DNA of 62,969 nucleotides, filler included, from Octopus bimaculoides (GCF_001194135.2; 6 parts of 6 records of this genome joined end to end with filler, not necessarily neighbours in it), one strand, 5' to 3'; counted from the whole stretch's first letter, positions 1 to 12,480 are shown. A program made the numbers and translations. The notes: generated by a model not told the origin, from the letters alone.

Positions 1-340
1 TTCCTCTCTATCCTCATCCTCCTTTTCAAGTGGTACTTGAAAAAGTTGACGAGGGACTAACCAGAGAGGAAAGTGTTTGTTTGTAGACCTTTCAAACGCG
101 TCCACCACACGCATTCTTTTGCCATAGCTATCAGTGTTACAAAAACCGTTTTTCCTTCCCGTTTAAAGGAAGGTGGCGGAACAATATTCACGATAGACTC
201 GGCTGATAAGTGGGCTCGTCCCACACGCGACGATAGCCGTTCGACGAAGGTCCACAGCTCTGAAATATCTGGACACTGCACGAGTACGTGCAGAACAGTT
301 TCGTCGCTCTGACTCCATCTCTCTTCTCTCCACGTGAGCA
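1..340 (-). mobile_element. Tx1/L1-clade LINE ORF2 C-terminal fragment (zf-RVT region), degenerate
   Basis: Minus strand reads ..ETVLHVLVQCPDISELW..AKECVWWTR (L1/Tx1 CCHC region). Bases 1-100 align by eye with 43750-43860 of the Tx1 copy in this window. Confidence 0.75.
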
Positions 341-534
341 GCCTAATATTGGTTACATGAAAAGGACAATTGAATATCAGAAACAGCCGAGAGCTGTGTG
401 GTTTTTAGTTTCATCACTTTCATCATTTCTGCAATTAAATCCCATAGGTGTCGAATTTTTTTTTTTTTTTTCTCTGCTAGGGAGCTCGATAAAATGAGTA
501 CTAAATATGTACTAGGATCGATTGGAGTTGGTCT

Positions 535-765
535 TTCTCATGAATTATACGAGAGGAGGAATTTCAACCATGTTTCGTGGTCTGCTACCACAACAGCTCC
601 TTTATAGGATCCAGTTAGCTCAAGACATCATCAGGAGGAACCACGTCCGGTTTCGGCCCCTACTCCTCTACCGTTTTGACGTGGCGCCCCCCCCCCTTTC
701 GGAGGTGTCTTCAGCTCTGGTGTTGGGTGCATGTCTTCTTTCTTCTATTCCCTGGCCTCTTTGAT
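535..765 (-). repeat. Unclassified interspersed repeat, PLE pseudo-LTR-like; second copy at ~18665-18845
   Basis: Shared text 'tttcgtgg..ataggatccagt..catcaggaggaaccacgtcc..tttcggcccctac..gacgtggcgcccc..ctttcggaggtgtctt'. The minus strand carries CTGATGA...GAAAC. Confidence 0.6.
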
Positions 766-1186
766 GCAGCATCAAGAATAACATTATGCTATTTTATATT
801 TCACATGCTTCTGATACGACTGTGTGAATTGGAAACATTCATGCAATGTAAAATACTTGTTTCTAATTTGCATTAGAGTTCAATATTTTGGTTCTTTTGG
901 TTAGTTGGCGAAGGCTGTTTATTTAAAAATACATGAGGTAGAGATGACATTTTTGTCTTTGCCTAGGATGTCAGAAAACATTGATGAAATTGCAATAATT
1001 TGTGGTAAATGATGCTATATCATAATAGCAATAGAAACGGTTACAGAAACCCCATGAAACTGCGATTACAACCGCTTCAACTGCTATTATTATTCCTTGA
1101 GACTCCTTTAGACTATTATCGCTAAAGCTACGTAATTTGAGCTTCTATTAGCTTGAAGTTTCATTGAAATTACCTTTTACATTGAA

Positions 1187-1450
1187 GACGCGTGTTTCAA
1201 TGGTTAGGGAAATCGGCTCACGTTCGTAAGGTCGTGAGTTCGATTTCCGGCAGCGTGTTTTGTCCTTGAACAAGACACTTTATTTTCACGTTGCTCTAGT
1301 CCACTCGGCTGACAAAAACGAGTTGTACTTGCATTTCAAAGGGCCAGCCTTATCATATTCTGTGTCACACTGAACCTTCCTGAGGTACCTTTAGGGTACG
1401 CGTGTCTATGGAACGCTCTGCTACTTGCACGTTAATTTCATGAGCCGGCG
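1187..1450 (+). mobile_element. tRNA-derived SINE family B (CORE-like), partial
   Basis: tRNA-like head with B box (gagttcgatttcc), then 'tgtccttgaacaagacac'. The body matches 33745-34131. Confidence 0.75.
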
Positions 1451-1837
1451 GTTCTTTTATATTTTGTTACTCCCACTAATTTACATTACTAAAAAAGTCA
1501 CAATTACCGGGATGGAACCTCAACAATCCAATGTAATGCTGACTAACTCCCAGGTGGTAAGCTTTCTAAGTCATGGACTTCTGTCTTTATGCAGTATAAA
1601 GCTACTTTCGAAGGGACTAGTGACTCTTAAAATGCACATGTAATCTCCATTTCTTCCCACCTAAAAATAAATAAATTAAAAATTAAACTCTTTCAGCCGT
1701 CATGAAATCGTACGACACAAGCTCGCCACTCGCAAGCAGTTGACCACAGAGCCTATTGATAAATATGATATCTCAATTTACCTCTTAATCTACAAATGTG
1801 CCGTACCCGAACTATAGAGGGGCGAATATCTCTTTTA

Positions 1838-2051
1838 CTCTTTTTCAGTCATTACTTGTTTCAGTCATTTGACTGCGGCCATACTGGAGCACCGCCTTTA
1901 GTCGAAGAAATCGACCCCAGAACTTATTTTTTGTAAGCCTAGTACTTATTCTATCAGTCTGTTTTGCCGAACCGCTAGGTTACGGGGACGTAAACACACC
2001 AGCATCGGTTGTCAAGCGATGCTGGGGGGGCAAACACAGATACACAAACAC

Positions 2052-2086
<35 letters not shown>

Positions 2087-2242
2087 NNNNNNNNNNNNNN
2101 NNNNNNNNNNNNNNNNNNNNNNNNNNNNNNNNNNNNNNNNNNNNNNNNNNNNNNNNNNNNNNNNNNNNNNNNNNNNNNNNNNNNNNNNNNNNNNNNNNNN
2201 NNNNNNNNNNNNNNNNNNNNNNNNNNNNNNNNNNNNNNNNNN

Positions 2243-2283
<41 letters not shown>

Positions 2284-2450
2284 TATACGACGGGCTTCTT
2301 TCAGTTTCCGTCTACCAAATCCACTCACAAGGCTTTGGTCAGCCCCAGGTTATAGTAGAAGACACTTGCCCAAAGTGCCACGCAGTAGAACTGAACCCAG
2401 AACCATGTGGTTGGTAAGCAAGCTACTTACCACACAGCCACTCCCGCGCC
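1838..2450 (-). mobile_element. SINE family A (tRNA head + CORE-like + internal (TA)n(CA)n + second conserved module), full length, N-gap inside its microsatellite
   Basis: Minus strand: A box tggctgtgtgg, degenerate B box, CORE-like 'gcgtggcactttgggcaagtgtcttc', microsatellite, and tail 'tgactgaaacaagtaa'. Colinear with 4290-4727. Confidence 0.85.
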
Positions 2451-3109
2451 TAATATATTCACGATTAATTTATAACGGGCATCTTTTTCAGCTATTGGAA
2501 AACCAAAATTTTTGTGTTGACTTCAGCCATTAATCAGGCTTTATGTAAGAAGCATCGAGGAAAGGCTGACGGGCTTCTCACAACACTCGTCATTTAGAAA
2601 CTAGTGCAGTAGCTGCCTTTGAAATCACTAAAGAAGGATTTTTGAATTCTGTAATTAATTAATCCAACTTCTGAAATGGATTCCTGTAGTGCTGGTGTGT
2701 TTCGCTGTAATTGAAGAATCTTCTTTATATTTTTGGCAGCGGAAATTTTGCGCGACATGATCGCACCTTATGGGCAGCCTTTTTTATATTACTTGTTTTG
2801 AGTATAAGAGAAAGAGATATTTTCAAATGTCTGTAGATACTCAAGAGAACTCTAACTGAAAGTATGACTATTCTTCAATATTGTTCTACTTGTCCACTCC
2901 GATCATTGATGAAGCAGCTACACAAAAACTCGATCAGTCACTACCCAACTCATGAACTGCTCACAGATTTATGCACCGTCGTTCTATGTACAGTAAAATA
3001 TACATTGAAAGATATAGCTAACATTAGTTCCTATTCTATAGATAAACAGAAAATGTATGTAGTTTTATAGTTTAGTGAGGAGAGAATATATAATTTTTGT
3101 AAATAGTTA

Positions 3110-3300
3110 CATAATATCATCATTCACCTGGTGCACTCCCTGTGTCCCGTCCCTTCCGTTTTGAGCAGCATGCATACAAGCAGCCAGACTCCAGTTTCCA
3201 CTCAATTCTTTGATGTCGTTAGTCCACAAACGTCTTTGTCGGCTTCTTGCTCTCTTCCCCCAGGGTAACAACTGCTGCAACACCAGACAGAAAAGCTGAA
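3110..3300 (-). mobile_element. RTE-clade LINE ORF C-terminal fragment
   Basis: ORF 3107..3316 contains GKRARSRQRRLWTNDIKE, matching the RTE GxRxRGRxRxxW motif. Confidence 0.6.
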
Positions 3301-4014
3301 AGTCTAAATATACCAATTGTCGAGAATCAAATCCATAAAGTTATCACAATTTACAAAATACCCGTGAGTCACTGCCCAAAAGTATTCTGGGAGGAAATGT
3401 AATAAATAATAAATGTTTCTGGTTTATGCAATAAATCAATCATTCCGAGGCGAGGGATTTCTTCGATACTGTCAACCACAGTATTTGACTGTCGTTTAAT
3501 TTTATCAGCTCTGATGAAGGCAAAAGTGACTTCGGCATAATTTTAACTTAGAAAGTAAATGTACGTTACTGAGTACTGCAAGACATATTGTCCGACGATC
3601 TAACGACGATGTAACTATTTACATCATCATCATCATCGTCATCATCATCATCATCATATTATATGGAAATATTTATTGAATTCCCTCAAGATTCTACAGT
3701 TGCTACTTTGGTGCCGCTACAGTAAATAAATAATCTTCTAAACAACTATCTTTATATTTCTGCCAGATGTCTGTGTAGCATTAAGTAAATGAAAGACTCG
3801 TTTAAATTCACTTTCATCTTTCGTTGTTCACACTTCAGAAGTGAAATGCTTTCATCCAGGAGTGCACTGCTTGATCATCAATATCTAACGCCCGTCAACG
3901 GTATTCAATATATACGTCAGCATTTTCAACATACACGTCAGCATTTTCAACATACACGTCAGCCGTATTCACTATATGTTAGCAGTGTTCAATGGATATC
4001 AGTAGCCTTATTAT

Positions 4015-4235
4015 TAAAGCGATGGGCTGGCAGGATCATTAGCACGCCGGACAAAATACTTAGCAGCATTTCGTCCGTAGCTACGTACTGAGTTCAAATT
4101 CCGCGTAGGTTGACTTTGCCTTTCAGCCTTATGGAATCGATAAAATTAAGTACCACTGAAACACTGGGGTCGATGTAATCGACGAATCCCCTACCTCCAA
4201 ATTTGAAGCCTTGTACCTTTAGTAGAAAGGATTAT
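4015..4235 (+). mobile_element. SINE family C (tRNA-like head + 'gtcgactttgcctttcatcc..gtcgataaa' domain), partial
   Basis: Aligns to 6372-6605. Further copies at 4900-5145, 6606-6790, 17335-17495 (-) and 30348-30535. Confidence 0.75.
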
Positions 4236-4289
4236 TATTATTTTGGTTTGGCTCAGTTCCGGTCTTATTCCTGGTAGGAATTATGTGGA

Positions 4290-4520
4290 TACTCTTATAC
4301 TCTTTTACTTGTTTCAGTCATTTGACTGTGGGTATGCTGGAGCACCGCCTTTAGTGGAAGAAATCGACCCCAGGACTTATTCTTTGTAAGCCTAGTACTT
4401 ATTCTAACGGTCTCTTTTGCCGAACCGCTAAGCTACGGGGACGTAAACACACTAGCATTGGTTGTCAAGCAATGTTGGGGGGACAAACACAGACACACAA
4501 CCATATATATACACACACAC

Positions 4521-4569
<49 letters not shown>

Positions 4570-4727
4570 CATACATACTACAGGCTTCTTTCAGTTTCCG
4601 TCTACAAAATCTACTCACAAGGCTATAGTAGAAGACACTTGCCCAAGGTTCCATGCAGTGGGACTGAACCCAGAACCATGTGGTTGGTAAGCAAGCTACT
4701 TACCACACAGTCACTTCTGCGCCTATA
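4290..4727 (-). mobile_element. SINE family A, full length and gap-free
   Basis: Same modules as 1838-2450, with an internal microsatellite of ~85 bp (4490-4578). Confidence 0.85.
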
Positions 4728-5143
4728 AAATGATGAACAATCTTAATCGATTTTCGAACCTTATTAATTCCCATCAGAGGCATGTACATCATTCTGACAG
4801 TCTCGCCGGTTACTGTCAAATGCCATTAAGGCTGACTTGCTTTTCATCTTTCCGCGGCCGATAAAATAAGTATCGGAGGTCTATATAATGGACGTACTCC
4901 CTCCCCCGAAATAGCTGGCTTTGTGCTAAAAGGCAGCGGGTTGGCAGAATCGGTAGCACGTTGGTCGAAATGCTTAGCAGTATTTCACCGGTCGCTACTT
5001 TGGGAATTCAAATTCCACGAGGATCGACTTTGCCTTTCATCCTTTTGGGGTCGATAAATTAAGTGCTAGAGAAACACTGGGATCGATGTAATAAACTATT
5101 CCTCTCCTCACAAATTTCAGGCCTTGTGCCTATAGTAGAAAAG

Positions 5144-5144
<1 letters not shown>

Positions 5145-5226
<82 letters not shown>

Positions 5227-5228
5227 TA
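5145..5228. repeat. (ATT)n microsatellite at the 3' end of a family C SINE
   Basis: Direct reading. Confidence 0.95.
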
Positions 5229-5844
5229 CTGAATGTAGTATGGCTATGACATTGAACATTTGGGCCTTGGAATGATGCTGCTATCACCCTTCACGTTCTG
5301 AGTTCAAAATCTGCAGAGATAGTGTTTGACTTTTATATTTCTGAGTATGAAAAGATAAGAATTGCCAGTCAAGTAATCAACATAGATTTAATCGACCGTT
5401 TTCTACGCCCCCACTCTGAAATATTTGACTTTGTGCCAACGTCAGAAATCAATATTGTAAAGTATTGTCTATGTTTTAATGTGTATGAGTGCTTGTGTGT
5501 GTAAATAATGTATGTACACATGTGCATTTGTATACGATTCAAGTGAAATGGAGATTTGTAAGGTGATGGCTCTTCATCTTGGCAATGGTCAGCAGGTTTG
5601 CCAGATCAATTCTATAAAGAAAGAAATGTTACAAAATTTTCAAAAATTATTGGCTTATGTTAGAAAGTAACCCGCAATCAAAATTTTTTGCCTGTGAATT
5701 AAAAATAACAGTTTGCAGCAAACGATGCTGGCTGACAATTCATCCGAGGTTCAGACCTCGAGCCATATCACATCTTCTTGCGTGTGTATATATACATATG
5801 CACACACGCATATATACGTATACGTTTATGTGTACATGTTAATA

Positions 5845-6125
5845 TGATAGGAAAAAAATAGGGATAAAAACAAGTTTATATTAAAGGTCCTACGCGCGTT
5901 TCATCATTATGGTTGTTTGGAGCCCTGCAATAGAAGTTCCAAAAGCATATATTTACTCAACCTCAATGGAACACTTTATCTATAACTTGATACATTAAAC
6001 TGTTCTGTTTGGTTGAGCGTCTATATGCATTTGGAACTTTTGTTACAGGGCTCTAAACAAACGTAATGCTAAAACGCGCGTACGAATTTTAATATAAACT
6101 TGTGCTTATCCTTATTTTTCCTACA
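5845..6125. repeat. Fold-back element: ~120-bp imperfect inverted arms with a ~45-bp spacer
   Basis: Left 'ggataaaaacaagtttatattaa..tacgcgcgtttc..agccctgcaatagaagttccaaa..ctcaacc' mirrors right 'ggttgagc..tttggaacttttgttacagggct..aaacgcgcgta..ttaatataaacttg..ttatcc'. Confidence 0.85.
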
Positions 6126-6371
6126 TTTACTTGGTAGCTTATAATTGGTGACACTATTCAGTATAGTAGTTGATTATCAACTAAAGCAGACTAGATTATG
6201 AAAACCTATACACATATATTATTCTTATACAAGAATGTTGCTGACAGTAACTTCGGAGTTTCGGATTGCAATCCGATGTTGGCTTAGCCATCTACAAAAG
6301 TATAGAGGAACTCATCAAATTAATATAAAATTGTTTTTATTATAACTAAACATAAAGCGGCAAACTGGCAC

Positions 6372-6605
6372 ACCGGGGAGCTGGCAGAAATGTTAGGACA
6401 CCGGGCGAACTGCTTAGCGGTATTTCGTCTGCCACTGCGTTCTGAGTTCAAATTCCGCCGAGGTCGACTTTGCCTTTCATCCTTTCGGGGTCGATAAATT
6501 AAGTACCAGTTACGCACTGGGGTCGATATAATCGACTTAATCCGTTCGTCTGTTCTTGTTTGTCCCCTCTGTGTGTAGCCCCTTGTGGGCAGTAAAGAAA
6601 TAGGT
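6372..6605 (+). mobile_element. SINE family C, full length
   Basis: A-box-like ctggcagaa, B box gagttcaaattcc, central domain, and tail 'tgtgtagccccttgtgggcagtaaagaaat'. Confidence 0.85.
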
Positions 6606-7239
6606 ATTTCGTCCGTCTTAATGTTCTGAGCTCAAATTCCGCCGATGTCCACTTTGCCTTTCGTCCAAACGAGGTCGATAAAATAAGTGCCAGTTACACG
6701 CTGATGCCGATATAATCGACTAACCCACCACCCTAATACTCCAGGCTTTGTGCCTTTAGTAGAAAGGATTATCACTGGAATAAAACAAACGCTAATATAT
6801 AGATAGATAGATAGATACATACATACATACATACATACATACATACATACATTTATCATACTGCAATAATCCACGACTTATATCCAAATCTGGAGACAAC
6901 AACTCTTATGCTCAGAATGTTTGTTCAAATCTTGTAAGTAACAATATGAAAAAAGAAAGAAAACGGTAAAATTTGACAATTGAATCACGTTACTATGTCA
7001 GCGATCGCTGACATTGTAACGTGAGTACATAGTAACAGCAGTATGTTAAAACGCTACTGAATTTACTTTTTGAATATTTTAATTTAAAGGAAAGATTTTA
7101 CGAATATCATTGAATTAATAATTAAGTGCATAAGAACCAACTTAATAAGCCCTCCTGTAAGCCGGCTGTTACTGAGTAGCTCTACCATAAGTAGCAGCCA
7201 AATCTTCACAATCTATCGTCATCAAAACTAGCACTTTTT

Positions 7240-7860
7240 CAGTTACGTCGATGAGTGTTCTAGATAGGGGTTTTCAAACTGTGGTCCGCGGACCACAGAG
7301 GGTCCGCAAGGACAAGACAGGGGGTCCGTGGACAGCAAATACTTTTTATGGGCAATTTGATTTTATATATGTTTTTTAATCGAAATCTTTTAATTAACAA
7401 TAAACTTATTTGTTAAATACTGTTAAATAAATAAATGTAAAAATATGTTATTTTAAGCAAATATTTATGTATAAATTTCATAAGCGTTTATAAGGGGATC
7501 CCTAAGGTAAAGCCTGAAATATAAAGGGGTCCGCAAGTCAAAAAGTTTGAAAACCCCTATTCCAGATGATCCGATCAACGGAACAAACTGCTCGTTAAAT
7601 TAACGTGTAACTGGCTGCGTAGTTCACAATCGCGCATACCCTTAACGTAGCACTCTCAGGAAGATTCAGCGTGACACAGAATGTGACAACGCTGGCCCCT
7701 TAAAATACTTGAAATACAGGTACTACTCATTTCTGTTAGGTGAGTAGACTGGAACAGCGTAAAACAAAGTGTCTTATTCGAGAACACAACTCTTTGCCGG
7801 GAATCGAACTCGCGACCTATACGATCATGAACCAAATATACTAACCACTAAGCCACGTCA
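7240..7860 (-). mobile_element. SINE family B interrupted by a hAT MITE
   Basis: Reverse complement matches 33745-34131 and 1187-1450. The body is split at 7264/7560. Confidence 0.75.
7265..7559. mobile_element. hAT (Charlie-like) MITE
   Basis: Perfect 16-bp TIRs TAGGGGTTTTCAAACT / AGTTTGAAAACCCCTA. Imperfect 8-bp TSD (TTCTAGA(T) / TTCCAGAT) with a TCTAGA core. Confidence 0.9.
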
Positions 7861-8066
7861 TAAATCTGCGAAGACATACTTGATAATATAGTACCTGGCT
7901 TTTATCTCTTGTTATATAATTGTTTCACTCATTGAACTTCGGCCATGCTTGTGAGACTGCTTCGAAGGCTTTAGTCAAAAAAGATCGACCAAGTACTCGT
8001 GTTTTTTAAGTCTCGTTCTTTTGTCGAACGACTAAGTTACGAGGACGTAAACAAGTCAACACCGGT

Positions 8067-8107
<41 letters not shown>

Positions 8108-8118
8108 GTGTGTGTGCG

Positions 8119-8149
<31 letters not shown>

Positions 8150-8400
8150 TTCAATACATATATAAAATACTTACTTGTGAAGTAAACAGTACTAGTGCGG
8201 AATAAAGAAGAATATATACAGACAAAACTCTGTTAGAGGAGTCGAAACACATCTATCTCTTGCCGGATGATCGTGCAACCGATAACATTTTGTTCTTTAA
8301 TTAAGTCTCGTTCTTTTGTCGAACGGCTAAGCTACGAGGACGTAAACAAGCCAGCACCGGTTGTGAAATGGTGTTGAAGACACGCATTACACACACAAAC

Positions 8401-8435
<35 letters not shown>

Positions 8436-8461
8436 CACACACATGCATACATATATGCTCA

Positions 8462-8675
8462 TGAGTGGGTGCTGAAAAGTTCCTGGCTTTAAGGGTCTCG
8501 CGAAAGGCCTGACTGGAGACCCAACCTTCCGAGTTCTTTTACAAATAGAAAAACAGATCGACCGCTGCAATAAGTGTGCAAGTCCGAGAGGGAAATATGT
8601 TGAATAAAACCATAATTAACCGATCCTCCTGTATTTTCTTTTACTCAAAGCCAGTAACTTTCCAGCACCCCTTCG
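8462..8675 (+). mobile_element. mariner deletion derivative (MITE)
   Basis: ~29-bp TIRs (gggtgctgaaaagttcctggcttt / aaagccagtaactttccagcaccc), right-hand TA, and internal mariner C-terminus RCNKCASPRGKYVE*. Confidence 0.85.
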
Positions 8676-8816
8676 TATACGTAAATACATACATAAATGT
8701 ACCATCAGGTCCAATCTTGGGCAAAAACAAAATAAAGTACAGATGTATATGTACTACGTATGAATATGCGTGTGTCAGTGTCTGTAAATGTCCCTGTGTG
8801 TTATGTGTGTGAGAGG

Positions 8817-8856
<40 letters not shown>

Positions 8857-9164
8857 GAGTAGGTATGCCTGCTGTGTGCGCGCGTGTTTGTGTACAAATG
8901 TTTTAAGGAATTGTTGCTTGTGTTTTTATCTAGCCACAGGTCGGCCCTCATAAAGGAGACCTAACAATGAAAAGAATTCCAGCCATGACCCTCCCCACAC
9001 ATTTTTCGGCTAAGTGGCATCTTACACTTACAAAACAGAAACAACAAGTCAATGTTTCCTTCCTTATTTCAAAATGAAAACGCCGCCCGTTCGTCTTGAC
9101 TGCTGTTTCTAGAAATGCGAGCGAACCTGTGGTTCCCCTTTGGCTCAAACGAACATAAGGATTT

Positions 9165-9206
<42 letters not shown>

Positions 9207-9615
9207 CGCATGTTGTAGATGTGTATGAATGTGTGGGCATAGTTGCATATGTTTGTGTGTCTGTGTGTACGTACGCGTGTGTGAGTATGTACATGTGTGT
9301 AAGTGAGGGTGCATATTTGCATGTGTGTGTGTCCATGAGTATATGTACGTGTGAGTGTGAGTGTATATTTGCATGTGTGTGTATGCGCATGTATCTGCGT
9401 GTATTTGCGTGTATGTGTGTGTATTTGCTTGTGTGTGTGTTTGTGTGTGTGTGTGTGCGCACACATGTTGTAGATGTGTGTGAGAGTGTTGCATAGTTGC
9501 ATGTGTTTGTGTGTACGTGTGTGAGTGCATTTGCATGTGTGTGTGTGTGTGTGTGCCTGTGCGTGTGTCTATGTGTATATGTATGTGTGAGAGTATGTAC
9601 GTGTGAGTGTGTGCA
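9165..9615. repeat. Degenerate (GT)n field with a ~250-bp internal duplication
   Basis: 'catgttgtagatgtgt..gcatagttgcat.tgtttgtgtg' occurs at ~9208 and ~9463. Confidence 0.75.
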
Positions 9616-9688
9616 ATAATCCACGACTCAGATAGCTAAATAGACAGATAGACAGACAGACACACACACAGCTAGATAGATATATGTT

Positions 9689-9733
<45 letters not shown>

Positions 9734-9761
9734 TTATATATATATGTATACATATGTGTTA

Positions 9762-9985
9762 TTTCTTTACTAGCCACAAGGGGCTATACACAGAGAGGAC
9801 AAACAAGGACAGGCAAACGGATTAAGTCGATTATACCGCCCCCAGTGCGTAACTGGTACTTATTTAATCGACCCCGAAAGGATGAAAGGCAAAGTCGACC
9901 TCGGCGGAATTTGAACTCAGAACGTAGCGGCAGACGAAATACCGCTAAGCATTTCGCCCGGCGTGCTAACGTTTCTGCCAGCTTC
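9762..9985 (-). mobile_element. SINE family C, full length
   Basis: Reverse complement is nearly identical in layout to 6372-6605, including the tail 'tgtatagccccttgtggctagtaaagaaat'. Confidence 0.85.
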
Positions 9986-10067
<82 letters not shown>

Positions 10068-10424
10068 NNNNNNNNNNNNNNNNNNNNNNNNNNNNNNNNN
10101 NNNNNNNNNNNNNNNNNNNNNNNNNNNNNNNNNNNNNNNNNNNNNNNNNNNNNNNNNNNNNNNNNNNNNNNNNNNNNNNNNNNNNNNNNNNNNNNNNNNN
10201 NNNNNNNNNNNNNNNNNNNNNNNNNNNNNNNNNNNNNNNNNNNNNNNNNNNNNNNNNNNNNNNNNNNNNNNNNNNNNNNNNNNNNNNNNNNNNNNNNNNN
10301 NNNNNNNNNNNNNNNNNNNNNNNNNNNNNNNNNNNNNNNNNNNNNNNNNNNNNNNNNNNNNNNNNNNNNNNNNNNNNNNNNNNNNNNNNNNNNNNNNNNN
10401 NNNNNNNNNNNNNNNNNNNNNNNN

Positions 10425-10484
<60 letters not shown>

Positions 10485-10844
10485 GGTGTGTGTGTGTCCT
10501 TGATAATATACGAACTATAAGAACACTGAAATGCAACAACACAGACCGAACAGTCAGCCTTGTTTCACGTATGGAATACTACACTAGTTTTAAAAGTAGG
10601 TTTATGATGCACTTTTATATTACTCTCTTTCTGCATCCAGACCCTCCTACTATTTCATCCTCTCTTTCAAATTCTCTCTCTTACTTTTTCGCCATCTCTC
10701 TCCCTCACTATTTTCATATTTTCTCTTTCCTCCCTCCCTCCCTCTCTCTCACATACATACACACGATTCTTTCCTTCTTTCTCCCTCTCGATATACGTAT
10801 ACACGCAAACGCTCACTGCACGTGTGTGTATGTATATGTAAATG

Positions 10845-10902
<58 letters not shown>

Positions 10903-11900
10903 NNNNNNNNNNNNNNNNNNNNNNNNNNNNNNNNNNNNNNNNNNNNNNNNNNNNNNNNNNNNNNNNNNNNNNNNNNNNNNNNNNNNNNNNNNNNNNNNNN
11001 NNNNNNNNNNNNNNNNNNNNNNNNNNNNNNNNNNNNNNNNNNNNNNNNNNNNNNNNNNNNNNNNNNNNNNNNNNNNNNNNNNNNNNNNNNNNNNNNNNNN
11101 NNNNNNNNNNNNNNNNNNNNNNNNNNNNNNNNNNNNNNNNNNNNNNNNNNNNNNNNNNNNNNNNNNNNNNNNNNNNNNNNNNNNNNNNNNNNNNNNNNNN
11201 NNNNNNNNNNNNNNNNNNNNNNNNNNNNNNNNNNNNNNNNNNNNNNNNNNNNNNNNNNNNNNNNNNNNNNNNNNNNNNNNNNNNNNNNNNNNNNNNNNNN
11301 NNNNNNNNNNNNNNNNNNNNNNNNNNNNNNNNNNNNNNNNNNNNNNNNNNNNNNNNNNNNNNNNNNNNNNNNNNNNNNNNNNNNNNNNNNNNNNNNNNNN
11401 NNNNNNNNNNNNNNNNNNNNNNNNNNNNNNNNNNNNNNNNNNNNNNNNNNNNNNNNNNNNNNNNNNNNNNNNNNNNNNNNNNNNNNNNNNNNNNNNNNNN
11501 NNNNNNNNNNNNNNNNNNNNNNNNNNNNNNNNNNNNNNNNNNNNNNNNNNNNNNNNNNNNNNNNNNNNNNNNNNNNNNNNNNNNNNNNNNNNNNNNNNNN
11601 NNNNNNNNNNNNNNNNNNNNNNNNNNNNNNNNNNNNNNNNNNNNNNNNNNNNNNNNNNNNNNNNNNNNNNNNNNNNNNNNNNNNNNNNNNNNNNNNNNNN
11701 NNNNNNNNNNNNNNNNNNNNNNNNNNNNNNNNNNNNNNNNNNNNNNNNNNNNNNNNNNNNNNNNNNNNNNNNNNNNNNNNNNNNNNNNNNNNNNNNNNNN
11801 NNNNNNNNNNNNNNNNNNNNNNNNNNNNNNNNNNNNNNNNNNNNNNNNNNNNNNNNNNNNNNNNNNNNNNNNNNNNNNNNNNNNNNNNNNNGTATATATG

Positions 11901-11929
<29 letters not shown>

Positions 11930-11933
<4 letters not shown>

Positions 11934-12150
11934 ATGTTTGTATGTGTGTGTTTGTCCCCCCAACATCGCTTGACAACCGATGCTGGTGTGTTTATGTCCC
12001 CGTAACCTAGCGGTTCGACAAAAGAGATCGATAGAATAAGTACTAGGCTTCTAAAGAATAAGTCCTGGGGTCGATTTGCTCGACTAAAAGGCGGTGCTCC
12101 AGCTTGGCCGCAGTCAAAAGACTGAAACAAGTAAAAGAGTAAAAGAGTAT
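11930..12150 (+). mobile_element. SINE family A, 3' half; the upstream part lies in or beyond the N-gap
   Basis: Reverse complement of the 1838-2040 module. Further half copies at 7900-8075, 8290-8400, 16610-16867, 18258-18416, 21318-21420, 22860-23020 and 55070-55230. Confidence 0.85.
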
Positions 12151-12380
12151 ATATATATATGTATATGAGTGAGAGTGTGTTAGTGTCATAGGTACGTTTG
12201 CTTATTATTATTATGGTTTTGTTTGTGTGTATGTCAATGTATTTGTATATTCCCTGTAAGTGTATTAAAAACAGTTGTTTGACACTCACTCACAGACAGT
12301 GAGACAGGCAGGTTCATAGACGGATAGACACGATAGATAAAGTGTATGCCTTCTAGTTCGAATGGATAAATGCATATGTT

Positions 12381-12480
<100 letters not shown>

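Noticed and set aside
1187-1260. tRNA-like sequences (also 2370-2450, 33745-33820, 58973-59040)
   Set aside because: They lack a complete cloverleaf and continue into SINE bodies, so they are SINE heads and not tRNA genes.
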